Positions 49,522 to 62,800 of a stretch of DNA of 64,000 nucleotides are shown in pieces. Source of the stretch: Gnetum montanum. Lineage: Eukaryota; Plantae; Gnetophyta. A model generated the notes under the pieces. The model was given only the letters and a program-made list of their open reading frames with translations. It had not been told where the DNA came from and did no database searches. Every line of letters starts with the position of its first letter. Position 1 is the first letter of the stretch. The translations under genes and the position numbers were made by a program. The stretch lies in assembly GCA_015680685.1 (NCBI GenBank), contig MNCI01002917.1, positions 99,521 through 163,520 of the forward strand. The letters run 5' to 3'.

Positions 49522-50119
49522 AATTTAAATAAAGGATATCTATGCTATAATTTGCATCCATGTAACTAAAATCATATATGATATGATGTGTATCTCTGTG
49601 AAGCAATCTATGTGACTCTAATTTATAATTGTTGTTAATTTTGGTGGCTAAAAAATAAAACATAGTGTGACTTCTACTTAACAAGTTACGCTTTTAATTG
49701 GCTTGCTTTAAAGTAGTTTTCCTATGTTCAAGTATTTAAACTTTGGCAACATTTTCTCTTGATTGCCTCTTTTACGGGAAGTAACTGATCTTAAAAAATA
49801 TGAGACTTTTTCACCATGTTCAAGATTCCAATGACGTTTTTTCTGATGGGTTATGTATGTTTCAGGTGAATTTTGCATAGAAGTCTCATTTGTCTTTGCT
49901 GACCCTGCAACAGTTCGTCGAAAAGTTACCGATTCCTCAATTACTTTGATTTCTGTGGATTTGGGTTTATATATATATATTTTTAATCTTCAAAAGAATT
50001 TGTGTTGGGTAGCAATCTGACAGAATCCCTTATTAACCTGTTAGATCTTCTGAAAGTAAATGATGCATGCAAGAATCCCATCATTTGGATTCCTGTTCTG
50101 TAAGCCTTCTTTTTCAGGG

Positions 50120-51290
50120 TTTGCGGAAGGCTCTACAAGTCGGCGTAAAGTGTGGAATGATTTGTTATCATTGTTGGCGCTAATTCTTCTTTATACTTAT
50201 CAATGTTTACCTTCATTACCCTATTTAGTTCTTCATTATCCTTTCCATCTATAACCTTAATTGGTCCCTTTGATTCAACCGGATCTTTTTTGCTTCTGGT
50301 ATTAGCTCATTTGGCTTCTGCATATTGTCCTCATTTATTACCTTCATTACTTTCATTAACCTATTTGATGCCACTTTAGAATGTAGTATCCGTTAGCACA
50401 TTTGAACCTTCTTTATCGTCTCCATTTATAGGCTTCATTAGCATATATGATTCAAATTTATCACTTTCAAGTTTCAACGTTCTTTATCGTCTCCATTTAT
50501 AGGCTTCATTAGCTCCTATGATTCAATTTTATCACTTTCACTTTCATCAAAGTATATTGTTGTCTGTATCAGTGTATTATCCTCTTCATTTATAAGCATC
50601 GTTAATTCATTTGGTTCAACTTTATCACTTTTCACAAATCACGAAATGGTAACTTTGCAATCTACTGCTCGTAATTTGTAAAACCAAAGATCATTTGGAG
50701 AAATAATTATCAAATATCAAAACTGAACTATTAAGTATCCAATAATACCTCCTTCTATGGGCCCATTGGCAGAATGGAAGCCGAAAACATTTGCACCCTT
50801 CTTTTATCATGAGATGTAGCACTTGGGGGAATCTAGCAATTATAAGCTTTTCCTGCACTCTAGGCCAAGAGATCCTCCAATTTTACAAGTTGCAGCCATG
50901 TCTTAGTAGATGTTTTTAACTCTAAACCGCTTTTCTTTAGGCTTCCGCTCTGCATGCAATCACCCAGATATTACGGGATTGGATGAACAAAAAAACATGT
51001 TTGCATACCATGAGAATTTACGGTAGAGGGGCAAGGGATCCTGTCTAATACCAGCTCATTTTGGTTGGATAGAATTTTCCTGCAAGACCAAATTGTTGCA
51101 AGTATAAGCTTTTCCTTTCTGTGTATCTTTGTTGTTGAGCGTTGGAGTTTTTCTTTCAGATTCTTGTTGTGAAGCATGAGGTTTTCTTTGAATCTTTGCA
51201 CAGTAACACAACCTTTCCCAAGATCTTTAGCTTGCTTAATCTTTATTTCGGGCTCTGCGTTGGTACTTTTGTTGGAACTTTAAAAACAAT
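50120..51290 (-). pseudogene. Putative pseudogene fragment with internal peptide repeats and a possible 84-nt intron; family not recognised
   Basis: A mostly open frame of about 170 codons at 51280-50750. Possible GT..AG intron at 50748-50665. Repeated SDKxE..LMKxINxxD units, including a 70-bp tandem at 50410-50540. Confidence 0.45.
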
Positions 51291-52100
51291 TGATAACATG
51301 CATGTTCGTGTTCCAATACTGGCACGTATTGTGTGCATTGCATTTCTGATAAAAGTAGGGAATCAAAATTTGAAAGGCTTTATGGTTGGTTAGAAGTTGT
51401 TTATGTTTGCGTAGCATAGCGAAACAAAGAAACTTTTAGTTACAGTTGAGTTTAAAATTTATAGAATTGGAAATTTAAAATACTACAATGTAATAAGGTG
51501 GTATTGTAAAATTTACCCATAAATTTCTATTAGATTTTTGTAAATAGGTAAAAAGATAGATATGCTCTCTGCGTTTTCTCTGCATGGCTAAAAATGTAGC
51601 CAATTTATCAGTGCTCGGTGCGATCTCTTTGCATAGCAAATGATGTAGCCAAGATAAAAACAACTTTGTGAACTCAGGTTGCTTTGCGTGTATACTTGAG
51701 ATTTCTGTCTAAATTTAAAATTTAATGCCGTAACCATTCTAGAATTGACTTTTCCCAAATTTTTTGAAAATATAGATATTTTTTTTCTTATTAAATTTTG
51801 GCTTCTTGATTTTTCAATGAAAAGGTTTCTTTACATTAAAATTTTTATAAATATCAACAAATTTTTGGTAGTTAAATGCCAACGTTTTCTTGACTTTTTC
51901 AAAATAATTTCTGATCATGACAAAAAACAATAATATTTATCAGTATTTGATTTAGTTTGTGTAACTCATTATAGTAAAAATAAATAAATTTGTAATTAGT
52001 TATTCCTCTATATAACTCAAAATAATTTGATTATAGGTATATCCCAAGACATATAGCTAATAAGATGCATTAGAAGAATTATAAAAGAACATAACAATAC

Positions 52101-52170
52101 CTCAAGGGTGACTCAAACTAGTGACGTCTTACTTAAAAGATAATGAGCTAACAACTTGAGCCACCTATCA
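52101..52170 (-). mobile_element. Degenerate tRNA-derived SINE head (Pol III A and B boxes)
   Basis: A box TGGCTCAAGTTG (52163-52152) and B box TAGTTTGAGTC (52120-52110, resembling a decayed GGTTCGAGTC), 31 nt apart. Confidence 0.45.
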
Positions 52171-53195
52171 TTGGCGAAAGTTGTTAATGTGTATTTTTAT
52201 GATTTAAATTAATTAATTCATGTTTATTTTTTGATATTTTGGATACTTTGAATAAAAGTATAGTTATTCAAGATTCTCATAATGATTTTCTTAATTTTTC
52301 TTAGATTAATGACCATCATGTTTTTCTATATTGGTTCAAGATTGTGTATACTCTTATTAGTTCTAATACTGATATTTGGCCAAAATTCAATTATCTATGG
52401 AAGGTTAATTATAATGTGTAGTTATAGAAGCAACAAATTCAAAAGATATGGAATGCTACTACTCCTTTAAAAATTAGATATTTTATGTGATATTTGATTC
52501 ATCACGGTTTACCTATTGGTGTTCAATATTGATATTTTATGTCCTGTCTACAACATGGAAAATACATTAATCCATTGTTTTTTTTAACTTGTCGCCTTGC
52601 TTGTAGCTCTTGGACTTAGTGTAGTAGGTATTTACTTGGTTTTCAATCAATATTAGACGAAATTTTGTTTGGTGACACTCCTCAAATTCAAGGATTTTTG
52701 CTTCATACATGGCATTACTTTCATCCTCTTATTCTTTATGCCATCTAAAAGTTTTGATAGAATATAGTTTTTCATAGAGATTCGCTAGCTAATTTTCTTT
52801 CATCATCAGTTCAAGGTGACATCATTCAATAGTTGATACTTCAGTTGAATTCCTAAATGTTTTTCTCTTTAATTTTTCTTTTTTATTAACATGAAGCTTT
52901 TAGTAAGAAGTGGAAATCCATTTGGGTACTTTTGAACGAGGGCAAGGATTGATCCTTTTCCTATCCCAAAGGGGAGGTTTTTCAAGATTGGTTATAAGGA
53001 TGTAAACTTGAAAAGTCATCTTCAAAATTTTTGGGCCTTTTCTTCTTGTTGTTTTGGGGTTTCTCTTCTACTTCTTTGCTTTTGTACTCTAAGTTTTTAT
53101 TTTTAATATATTTATTTCTTGGGGTTTGACACCATGTTTATGTTCACAAATTATAAGGTTTAACAATGAGGTATTAGCTTAGTGGTAAAACTCTT

Positions 53196-56100
53196 TGATG
53201 AAGTGTCTTCTTTAGGGTGTGTTGACGAGATGCCATTGATGCGATCTCATTGACATGATCCCGTCGACACTATTACATCGATGTGTGGTTTGATGAGTTG
53301 ACATGACCTCATTGACACAATGTCTTGTCTTGCCTATAAATATGTGCTCACCAACCTCATTTATGACATCCATTATTTAGTATCTTAGTGAAGCTCTTGC
53401 ATTTTGTTCATTTGAAAGTTAGAATATTTTCTAAGTACTCGCAATAGAAGTGAGAAGTGTACAAATCTTTATTCGAACATTGATGTACCTGAGCACCTCA
53501 GTGTGAATGACAATAAAGATGAGCTTTCTTCATAATCCTTGCAGCACTTGGAAGTAGTTTAATGTTTACTTAATAGATTTATTATTTGAGAAATTTACTT
53601 TAATGCATTCGATTAATTAATTAATTAGCAATTAATAAATACACATAAGTATGATCATTTCAAGCATACATTAACATTTGTGAATCCTAGTAGTGCTTAA
53701 CGCTTACTAATTTAGTAACGTTGTAACATGGTTTAGGATGTGTACAATAAATGGAAATAGATGCTTATGTTAGGACTAGTTAGGATATTAGTTAGTTATT
53801 AGATTAATTAAACTTTTAATTACATTATTTCTAGCACTTAGGCAAATTAAGCAAAAAAACATAAAATGATAAAAATCATATGCCTCAATTACACTTAACC
53901 TTACACTTGCACTTCACAAGTGGAACTGAGAAGATAATGATCATGTTTGTTAGATTCACTACCTAGACCCAATGTACTTAGAGAGCTGAAGTCTACGGAA
54001 GTTGACTGAATTGCTTAGTGAGTGCTAGTAATTCATATGGTTGCGCGTAGAGATTGCTTGTTGCTCATCATTGGTACCATTGCTAGGGACTTTAGTTAGC
54101 TACATGTGCTATCTAGGAGTTAGTGAAAGTATTCAACGATGTTGTAATGGATCCAAACGTTGACATGATTAAGAAAACTAATAATAACAACAAGAGAACA
54201 CTGTTTTTCTTCCACTCTAATATGGCTTCTTCTCATAGGGGAGATTCTTTGCCATAGTACAAAGGAAGATCTAAACAACAAAGGCATGAAGGATCAAAAT
54301 TACTAGTGCCCTAGTAATGTAGAGTGATATATACTCATCTTGATGAGTATGTACTAGACTTCACCTTCATCTTGCATTGGGATGAACATCTACGGTGGAG
54401 GGACATGGAGGGCAACATTTTGTTGTTGCCTGATCAATCAATTTTTGTGATGCTGCTTCAAACTCTCATGAAATTGGGCACCCAAAGACACAATGCTGAA
54501 TATATTTTGCAAAACCATGACTATTGGGATTATCATCCCATTGATGCACAACACAAGAAAGCTTAGCCATAGGAAGTGTAATACAAGGTGTCAGTTCACA
54601 AACCCCTTGTCCCTACTAGGCCAGAAGGAAGGTGAGGATCCCTTCTTTAGGGGTTTTCAAAACACTGATTCTCCTCCCTTCTTCTTTGATGAAGGAGGCC
54701 CTAACGAGAATTTATAGTCCACTATAAATAATCCTAGTTTAGGAAAGAATGGGTCCCATGACCATGGGGGCTTCAAAGTAGGGAGTCAATGTAGGAATCA
54801 AGACTAGCACCAAGATAGAGATAGACATGGTGAATGTGGCCATGACCTAAGAAGAGGGAGTAGTAGGCACTATGTTAGTGCTGGCTCTCCTCCCTCTTCA
54901 CCTTCAACATCCTCATCTTGTTCCTCCTCTAGCTCTGATCAAAGTTGTAGAGGACATGACTATGATGGAGGTGATTGATGGGATAGAGATGATCATAGAT
55001 CTCAAACCAGGGGCATGGGCAATTAAGGGAGGTTCACCACCATGAATGAAGGGGTAGTAGTGGATGTCATAGGCATCATGGAAATCATAGGGGCTATGAC
55101 TATGATGAGCATTTGCTTACAACAAGAAAAATGCTAAACATTGTAGAGGTTGTGACAACTCCAATGAGGCATGTGAAAGACAATAGAATCAAATGGTTAG
55201 ATATGACTAATATCCCCAAGTTCGAACAAGGATATAACTCAGATCCATAGAATCATCTTTAGGCCTTTCTCGATGCCCGTGCCTTATAAAACATTGAAAA
55301 TAAATGGAAAAACTAAAGCTATTTCCAAAGACACTCATTAAGGAGGCTAAAAGTTGGTACTAGTCCTTAGAATTGAAATTAATCAGATGATGGATCATGA
55401 TGCTTGAACTTTTCAATGAGAAGTATCAGATGTACTCTTGGGTATCCAATTTGAGGAAGTAGATCCAAGGGTGGAGTCATGAAACACATGAATCCTTGGA
55501 TGTGACCATGGGTAGATATTACTCTTTGTTGCATAAGTGCCTAGGCCATGGATTTTCTTAAAGGAAGTACCTTTGCCGTATAATAGATGGGCTCAGAATG
55601 GAAACAAGGATAACTCTTGGGATCTATGTCTAAGGAAGACTTTTAGAACTAAGGACCCATTAGATCCAAAGGTTTATTGAGTGGGTGGCCAAAGAAGAAT
55701 ATGAGTTAAGGAAGAGGGAAAGTGTAGAGGACTACAATTAGGACCCTTCAATCTAAGTGGTTTGGAAAATAAATTCCAAAAAAGACCCTTTTTCTAAACC
55801 AACAATCCTTCTAAGTCTTCATAGAAATTTGTAGTTGATGACCTTATTTCTCCCTCATCCTTTGCTACATCATTCAAGAACCCTTCAAACTAGGTGCCTT
55901 TCAAGGTCCACACTATAATGTTGATCCATGCTATCACAGATTGGATCAAGGTTGGCCACCTTCCTAGGAAATGATATGATCCTGAGATTCCCCTTATTTA
56001 TTTGCAAATTGCTAGGAATGAGCCTTTCAAGGCTCTTCTAGACTTAGGTTTTGGTATGAATTTGATCTCTCATGAAATGTACAAAGCCTAGAACCTGCCT

Positions 56101-56877
56101 CCACTCAAGAAGAGCAACATTTATCTTGAGTTGGTAGATTAGTCCATTACTATTTCCTTGGGATTAATGGAAAACATTGTAACCATTATTTGTGGGTGAT
56201 CCTATCTTGCTAACTTCTTGGTAATTCATGTAGATAACTACAAGGGAGACTTCCCAATAATCATGAGAAGGGTTTGGTTGAGCACAATTGATACATGGCT
56301 GGGAATCCTAGACCTCTCCTTGAAAATTTTCAAGGAAAATGAATTTGGAAAGATCAAGAGGAAGCATGTTGCATGTATCACATATAATGACATAGGGTCC
56401 AACTATGTGTAGAAATTATGGATTGTGAAAAGCACGTCTATCACAACATGTAGATAGTGTGTTGATNGAGATCATTGAAAGCTTTAAACATGAGCCCCTT
56501 GAGTTGAAAACTTTGTTGACCAAAATGGAGTACGCTTCCTTGAAAAATGGCAAGTTGGTTATTATCAATGCCAACCTTGCTCTTATGCTAAAAAGGAAGC
56601 TATTGGAGGTGTTCAATAAATGGTCAACAACCTTTGCTTGGAAATATCTTAAACTCATTGGAATTGATCCTAGGATATGCCAGCTTTTCATTTACATAGA
56701 TCCTTTTATCAAGCCAAAGAGGTAGCCATAATGGTAGTTGAACCCCAAACTAATGTAGATCATGAAAGAGGAGATTGGCCAAATGACAGATTCCAACAAC
56801 AGATTGGTAGTGGGATGGAAGTCTTCATGGATGAATTCTTCACCTATGGGGCTACATTTGAGCAAGCCTTGGACTAT
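53196..56877 (+). mobile_element. Athila-like element A: 5' LTR 53196-54070, PBS, gag, PR and partial RT; internally deleted and interrupted by element B
   Basis: TGATGAAG...GCTCATCA, PBS TGGTACCATTGCTAGGGAC (54072-54090), IPKFEQGY, KALLDLG, MEVFMDEFFTYGATFEQALDY followed directly by a new LTR. Confidence 0.9.
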
Positions 56878-59800
56878 TGATAAATAATGTTTTCATATAC
56901 TTTGATATTAGAGTGGATCACAGCCCAAGATGTGATATCGTACATTCGATATCGCAAGGTTACTTCTGGGTCTATAAATACAACCCCTGGGTGCACGATT
57001 GAGAGAAGTTTTTGGCAGTCAAGTAGAAAAACGCTTGTAGTTTGTTCATTTGAGAGTTAGAATATTTTTTAAGTGCCTGTAGCAGGAGGTCTCAGTGTGA
57101 ACAAATCTTTATTCAAGCATTGATGTACTTGAACATACCATTGTGTTGGCAATAAAGACAAACTCTTTGATTCATCCTTGCAGCACTTGAGACTTTCTTT
57201 CTTATGCATTTATCTATTGTGATTTCATGAAATTTACATTAATGTTATTCATGCAACAATTAATTTTGATTAATCAAGAAACTCATTAAAATACACAAGC
57301 ACAACCCCCTTTGAATAGATGTGTGACACTTGGTAGCTCAGAAATACACAAAGTTTAGGATGTGTTTGGAAAGTGGGAATGGTTACTTGTGTTAGGCTAG
57401 ATTAGATCATAGTTTTCTTAGCAACTTAAATACTTTCACTTTCATTCTTGTTCTAGGTGAGTAAATTGATAAAACTAAAAATAATAAAAATCTTATGCCT
57501 TAGTCACACTTAACCATACAATTTCCTTCCAGAAGTGGGACTGGGAAGACAATGAATGAACAACATGCATGCACTATTTAGCTCTAGCATACTTGGTAAT
57601 TAAAGTCTGTGGAGTTTGATTGAATCACATGTGAATGCCTATGATTCATATGGTTGGGCATAGGGGTACCTTACTACTCATCATTGGTGCCATTGCTAGG
57701 GACTTTAGTTCTACGTGTGCTATCTAAACAGAGTGAAACTTAGCAACCTCGTTATTCAAACCCTAAGAGTCAAATATTACAAAAAAAATTAGAATTATAA
57801 TTAATTTAAACCTTAACTGCACACTACTTATAAGTTCATTAACATAAAATGCCTTCTTCTCATAGGAGCCTATCTCTACCCAGGGCAAACCAGGTGCCTC
57901 AGCAATACTGGGTGGTATATGCTCATCCCAATGAGTATGTACTTGACTTCACCTTCATCTTGCATCAAGATGAACTACTATGGTGGCATGACATGGAAGG
58001 AAATATTGTGTTGTCATCTGATTGAGCTATTTCAGTGATGCTCCAACTAATGCTCGCATGACACAGGCTTCAACATCTTCATAGAGATCACAAGATGCGA
58101 GATCCTGATTCAAAGGATTATCATCCCACTAAAGTACAAAGGTTAAGGGATCGTCAGCTAGATCACCAACATGAGCTTGTGAATGGAAAGGGGTCAAATA
58201 CTTTTCCACCTCCTCTTGGCCCATTAGATGGAGGTGACCACTTATTTAGTGATTCTCCTCTCTTTGACTTTATTAGGGAGCCCTCAACTAGAATGTGCAA
58301 TCCATAATTTATAATCTAGGTCCTGGTCAAAATAGATCCAATGAAAAAAATGGATCTAGAGAGGCAAGTCAGGATAAGGGAGAAAAAGGAGGCCACGATC
58401 ATGATCGTGGTCATGAGCATTGAAGGAAGGGTGATAAGTGTCAGTGTAGAGAAAGTTCTCCTTCTTCTTCCCCTTAATTGTCTTCTTATTATTCTTCATT
58501 TGGCTTAGATCATGGTTGTAGAATGAATAACCATGATGGAGGTGACTGATGGGACTAGAAAAACAAAAGGGATCATTGGGACAGTCATGACCAGAGGTGT
58601 GGACAATCTAGAGAGACCCATCGCTGGGAAAGAAGGGCTAGTAGAGAACATCATAGGCACCATCACCATGGCCTTGATGAATCTCTACTTGCCACTCAGG
58701 GCATGTTGAACATTGTAGAGGCTGTGAGGATTCTAACAAGGCACATGAAGGACAATAGAATAAAGAGGCTAGACATGAACAAAATCCCTCAATTTGAGGG
58801 AGGATATGATGCTAATCCTCAAAATCATCTCCAGGCCTTCCAAGATGCATATGCCTTGTAGAATATTGAAAATGACTAGCAAAAGCTAAAATTATTTCCA
58901 AGGACACTTATAAAGGAAGTAGAAAATTGGTACCAATCATTAGAACTTGAATCAATTAGGTGGTGGAGTACGATGTTGGAATTTTTTAATGACAAATATC
59001 AAACGTGCTTTTGAGTATCCAATCTAAGGAAGCAAATCCAAGGGTGGAAACAAGGAAACCATGAGCCCTTGGATGCCGCTATTGGCCAATACTATTCTTT
59101 GCTCTATAGATGTCATGGCCATGAATACTCTCAACTTGATCAACTTTGCCATATCATAGACAAGTTGTGGTATGAAACAAGGAAAACCCTTGGCATCTAT
59201 GCTCAAGGGAGATTGACAAAGTTAAGTGCCCATTAGATCCAATAATTAATTGAGCAAGTAGCCAAGGAGGAGGGAGAATTGAGAATGCAAGAAAGTGTAG
59301 AGGAATACAATAGGGACCCTTCTATCTATAAAATAGGGGTTTGATTTTGTGACAATGAGGATACATTAACCATAGATGAGGTGCTTAATCAGAAAACCTT
59401 GCCACTTCAAAAATTGCAATCTAAAATCATAGCTAAGGTTGATTAATTATGGGACTCCATGGACAATAGGTTTTAGGCTATCTTAAAAATTGCTAAAGAG
59501 TGAAAAGAGCAAAGTGGTGAGCATGAGTGTTGGAGATGTAAGGAAGCTGAATGTGCCATATCTAAGGGTAAGGGTAAAATGACTGTGATAGAGATGGTTG
59601 CGGATAGTGACTCAGATGATGATGGTGCATGTGACGTCTACCCGTGTGAACATCCCAAGGGATGTTATCCAATTGTGTCATACTTGCAAGAATTTGGGGT
59701 GTATGCCTTACATCCACAACTTGCACAAAAGCAAAAAACCAAAAGGTTGCCTTAGCCATAAGGCAATTCTTGACAGTTCCACCAACCACAGTAGTACTAT

Positions 59801-62800
59801 CCAAGTGGAACTCCACCAAAACCCTATGAATTGTACTAGTAGTGGTAGCAACCACAATCATGGGCATTGCCGCCTCCAAGATAGTAGTACCCTTATCGAC
59901 AACTAGATCCCTATGGTTACTATGTTTAGCAACCTTCATTTCTACAAGACTCCTTTGGTCATGTTGCTGCTTACCAACCTCACCACTACCCTCCTAAAGT
60001 ATACCAATCACCCTATCTAAGGAGGGATGCCACCTAGTATCCTCATGTTGCTCTTGTCCCTACACCTACTCCTTCATCTCCTACACAACTACCACCTACT
60101 CCATCTATGCAGGGTGAATTGCCTACCCAACCATAGCAAAGAAATGCTACAAGGGTGGTTAATCTACAACCAATTAACCCATCAAGCAAGTTGGAACCAC
60201 AAACAAAGAAAAAACCTTTCTTTCAACCTCATAGTCCACCAAAGCCCTTAGATACATCAGTGGTTGGTAATCCTACTCCAACTTCCTTTGCCTTACCTTT
60301 ATTTGATTCTACTTCAAACCAAAATCCCTCTCGAATCCATACTATAATGTTGACCCTTGCTATATTTGATTGGATTTGAGCTGGCAACCTACCTAGAAAG
60401 TTAGCTAATCCCAGGAGTCCCTTAGTATATTTGAAAATTACTAGGAATGAGCCTTGTAAAGCTATTCTTAACTCTAGTTTCAGTGTTAATCCAATCTTAC
60501 ATGAGATGTACTCAATGTGGAACCTTCCTCCCTTGAAGAAGTGCAACATCCTACTAGAATTGGTGAACTAGTCTATCATTGTTCCATTGGGATTGGTAGA
60601 GGACATCGTAACCACCATTTGCAAGTGTTCATATCCTATTGACCTCCTAGTAATCAAGGTTGAGAACTGTAAGGGGGACTTCCTAATTATTATGGGAAGG
60701 GCGTGGTTAAGCACTGTTGATGCTAAAATGGGCATTAGAGATATTTCCTTGGAGATATTAAAAGAAAATGAATTTGGAAAGATTGAGAAGAAGAGGGCTC
60801 CATGTATTACATACAACGATTTAGGGTGCCATTTTGTGCAGAAGTTATGGTCAATGAAGCGAACATCTATCTCTACATGCAAGAAATGTGCACCAGAAGC
60901 TGAAATCCAAAGATGTTTGTATGTAGTAGCCACAAAATGAGAAGGCACCCAGTGGCTGATAGTTGATTCTAGTAGTAGTACATTGTGTGTGAAACCTACT
61001 AAGGGCATAACATATGAATATGTTATAACTATGGATGAACTTGAGCAAGTTCAACACTAGCTCTCCAAAGAAGTAAATGATGATGTTAATTAGGGAGAGT
61101 TGGATATTCCTAACAATTTTAAAAAACAACCCAATGAATTGACGGAACTACTAGCTAAAATGGAATATGTGTTCTTGAAAAATGGAAGGTCGATCATCAT
61201 TAATGCCAAGCTTTCTACAAAATAAAAGAAAATTTTGATGTGGGTTGTGGAGAAATGGTCAGTAGCCTTTTCCTGGTCATATTCTAAACTCACTAGTATA
61301 GATACAAGAATATGTTAGCACCAGATATACATTGACCTCATCATTAAGCTGAGACAATAGCCGTAGTGATGTTTGAATCCAAAATTAAAGTAGATTGTCA
61401 AAGAGGAGATTGAACAAATCCTCAAGGTAGGATTCATCTACCCTATTGTAGATAGTGAGTGGGTTAGTCCACTTGTGATCATGCCCAAGAAATGAGGCAA
61501 ATGGTGAGTGTGCATTAACTTTCGGCTACTCAACATGACAACTTTCAAAGATCATTTTCCATTGCCTTTTGTTAACCAAGTGCTAGACACCATTTTTGGG
61601 CATAGCTATTAAAGCTTTTTGGATAGTTATAGTGACTATAACCAAATCTAGATTGTAGTAGAGGACCAAGGAAAGATAAATTTTACAAGTCCTTGGGGGA
61701 CTTTCATTTACCATCAGATGCCATTCGGTCTATGTAATGCCCTAGCCACATTTCAACGATAAGTCCTGAGCATTTTCCAATAGCAGATTGGTAGTAGGGT
61801 AGAAGTCTTCATGGATGACTTTTCTACCTATGGAGCTACGTTTGAGCAAGCCTTGGACCATCTTGAACAAGTGTTGAAGAGATGTGTCAAAACAAACCTC
61901 TGGCTTAATTAGAAAAAGAGCCATCTTATGGTCCATGAAGGCATAGTCTTGGGGCATCGTATCTCAAAAGAAAGAATTGAAATGGACCCTAGAAAAATAA
62001 GGGCAATCTAACGAATAACATGTCAACCTAAAATAGTTAAAGAAGTGTGGTGATTCCTTGGTCATACTGGTTACTACTAGTGCTTCATTGAGAATTTTTC
62101 CAAAATCACCAAGTTGTTGGTGGAATTGACAAAGAAAGATGCATTGTTCATCTGGATCCCTACATGTGAAACAACATTTCAAAAACTAAAGTAGAAGCTT
62201 GTTGAAACCCCAATTTTGAAAGCACCTGATTGGTCTAGGACATTTCATGTGATGATCGGTGCATCAAATTATGCTTTGGGGGTAATGCTTATGTAGATGG
62301 ATGATCAAAAATGTCTATCTTATGTTCACTATGCAAGCTAAAGCATTGCAGGTGCACAGTTGAACTAAACCACTATAGAAAATGAGTTGATGGCAATGGT
62401 GTTCGCCTTAGAGAAGTTTAGGTACTATGTGCTTAGCTATAAAGTGTTCATGCACACAGATCATAGTGCCATTTGATTTCTAATGAATAAATCAATAGTG
62501 AGCCCTCGTGTCATATGGTGGCTTGTGATTTTGCAAGAGTTAAATCTCACAATGGTAGATTAAAAAGATGTGAAGAATGTGGTCACTAATCACTTATCAC
62601 AGCTAAGATGGGATGAAAAGGAGAAAGAGAGTCCTTTATTTGATTAGTTCCCTAATGAATCTCTTCTTGTAGGGGATATTAATGAATAAATGTCTAATGA
62701 ACCAAAATGATATGATACCATCCTCACTTATTTGCTCAAGTAAGAACTGTTGCAAGGGATGGACACTAGAAAGAAACAATAGTTTCTTCACCAGGTCAAG

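Noticed and set aside
52101-52170. Functional tRNA gene
   Set aside because: No complete cloverleaf or acceptor stem, and the B box is decayed.
52500-53100. Minus-strand purine-rich, gag or zinc-knuckle-like remnant
   Set aside because: Too decayed. No intact motif supports a call.
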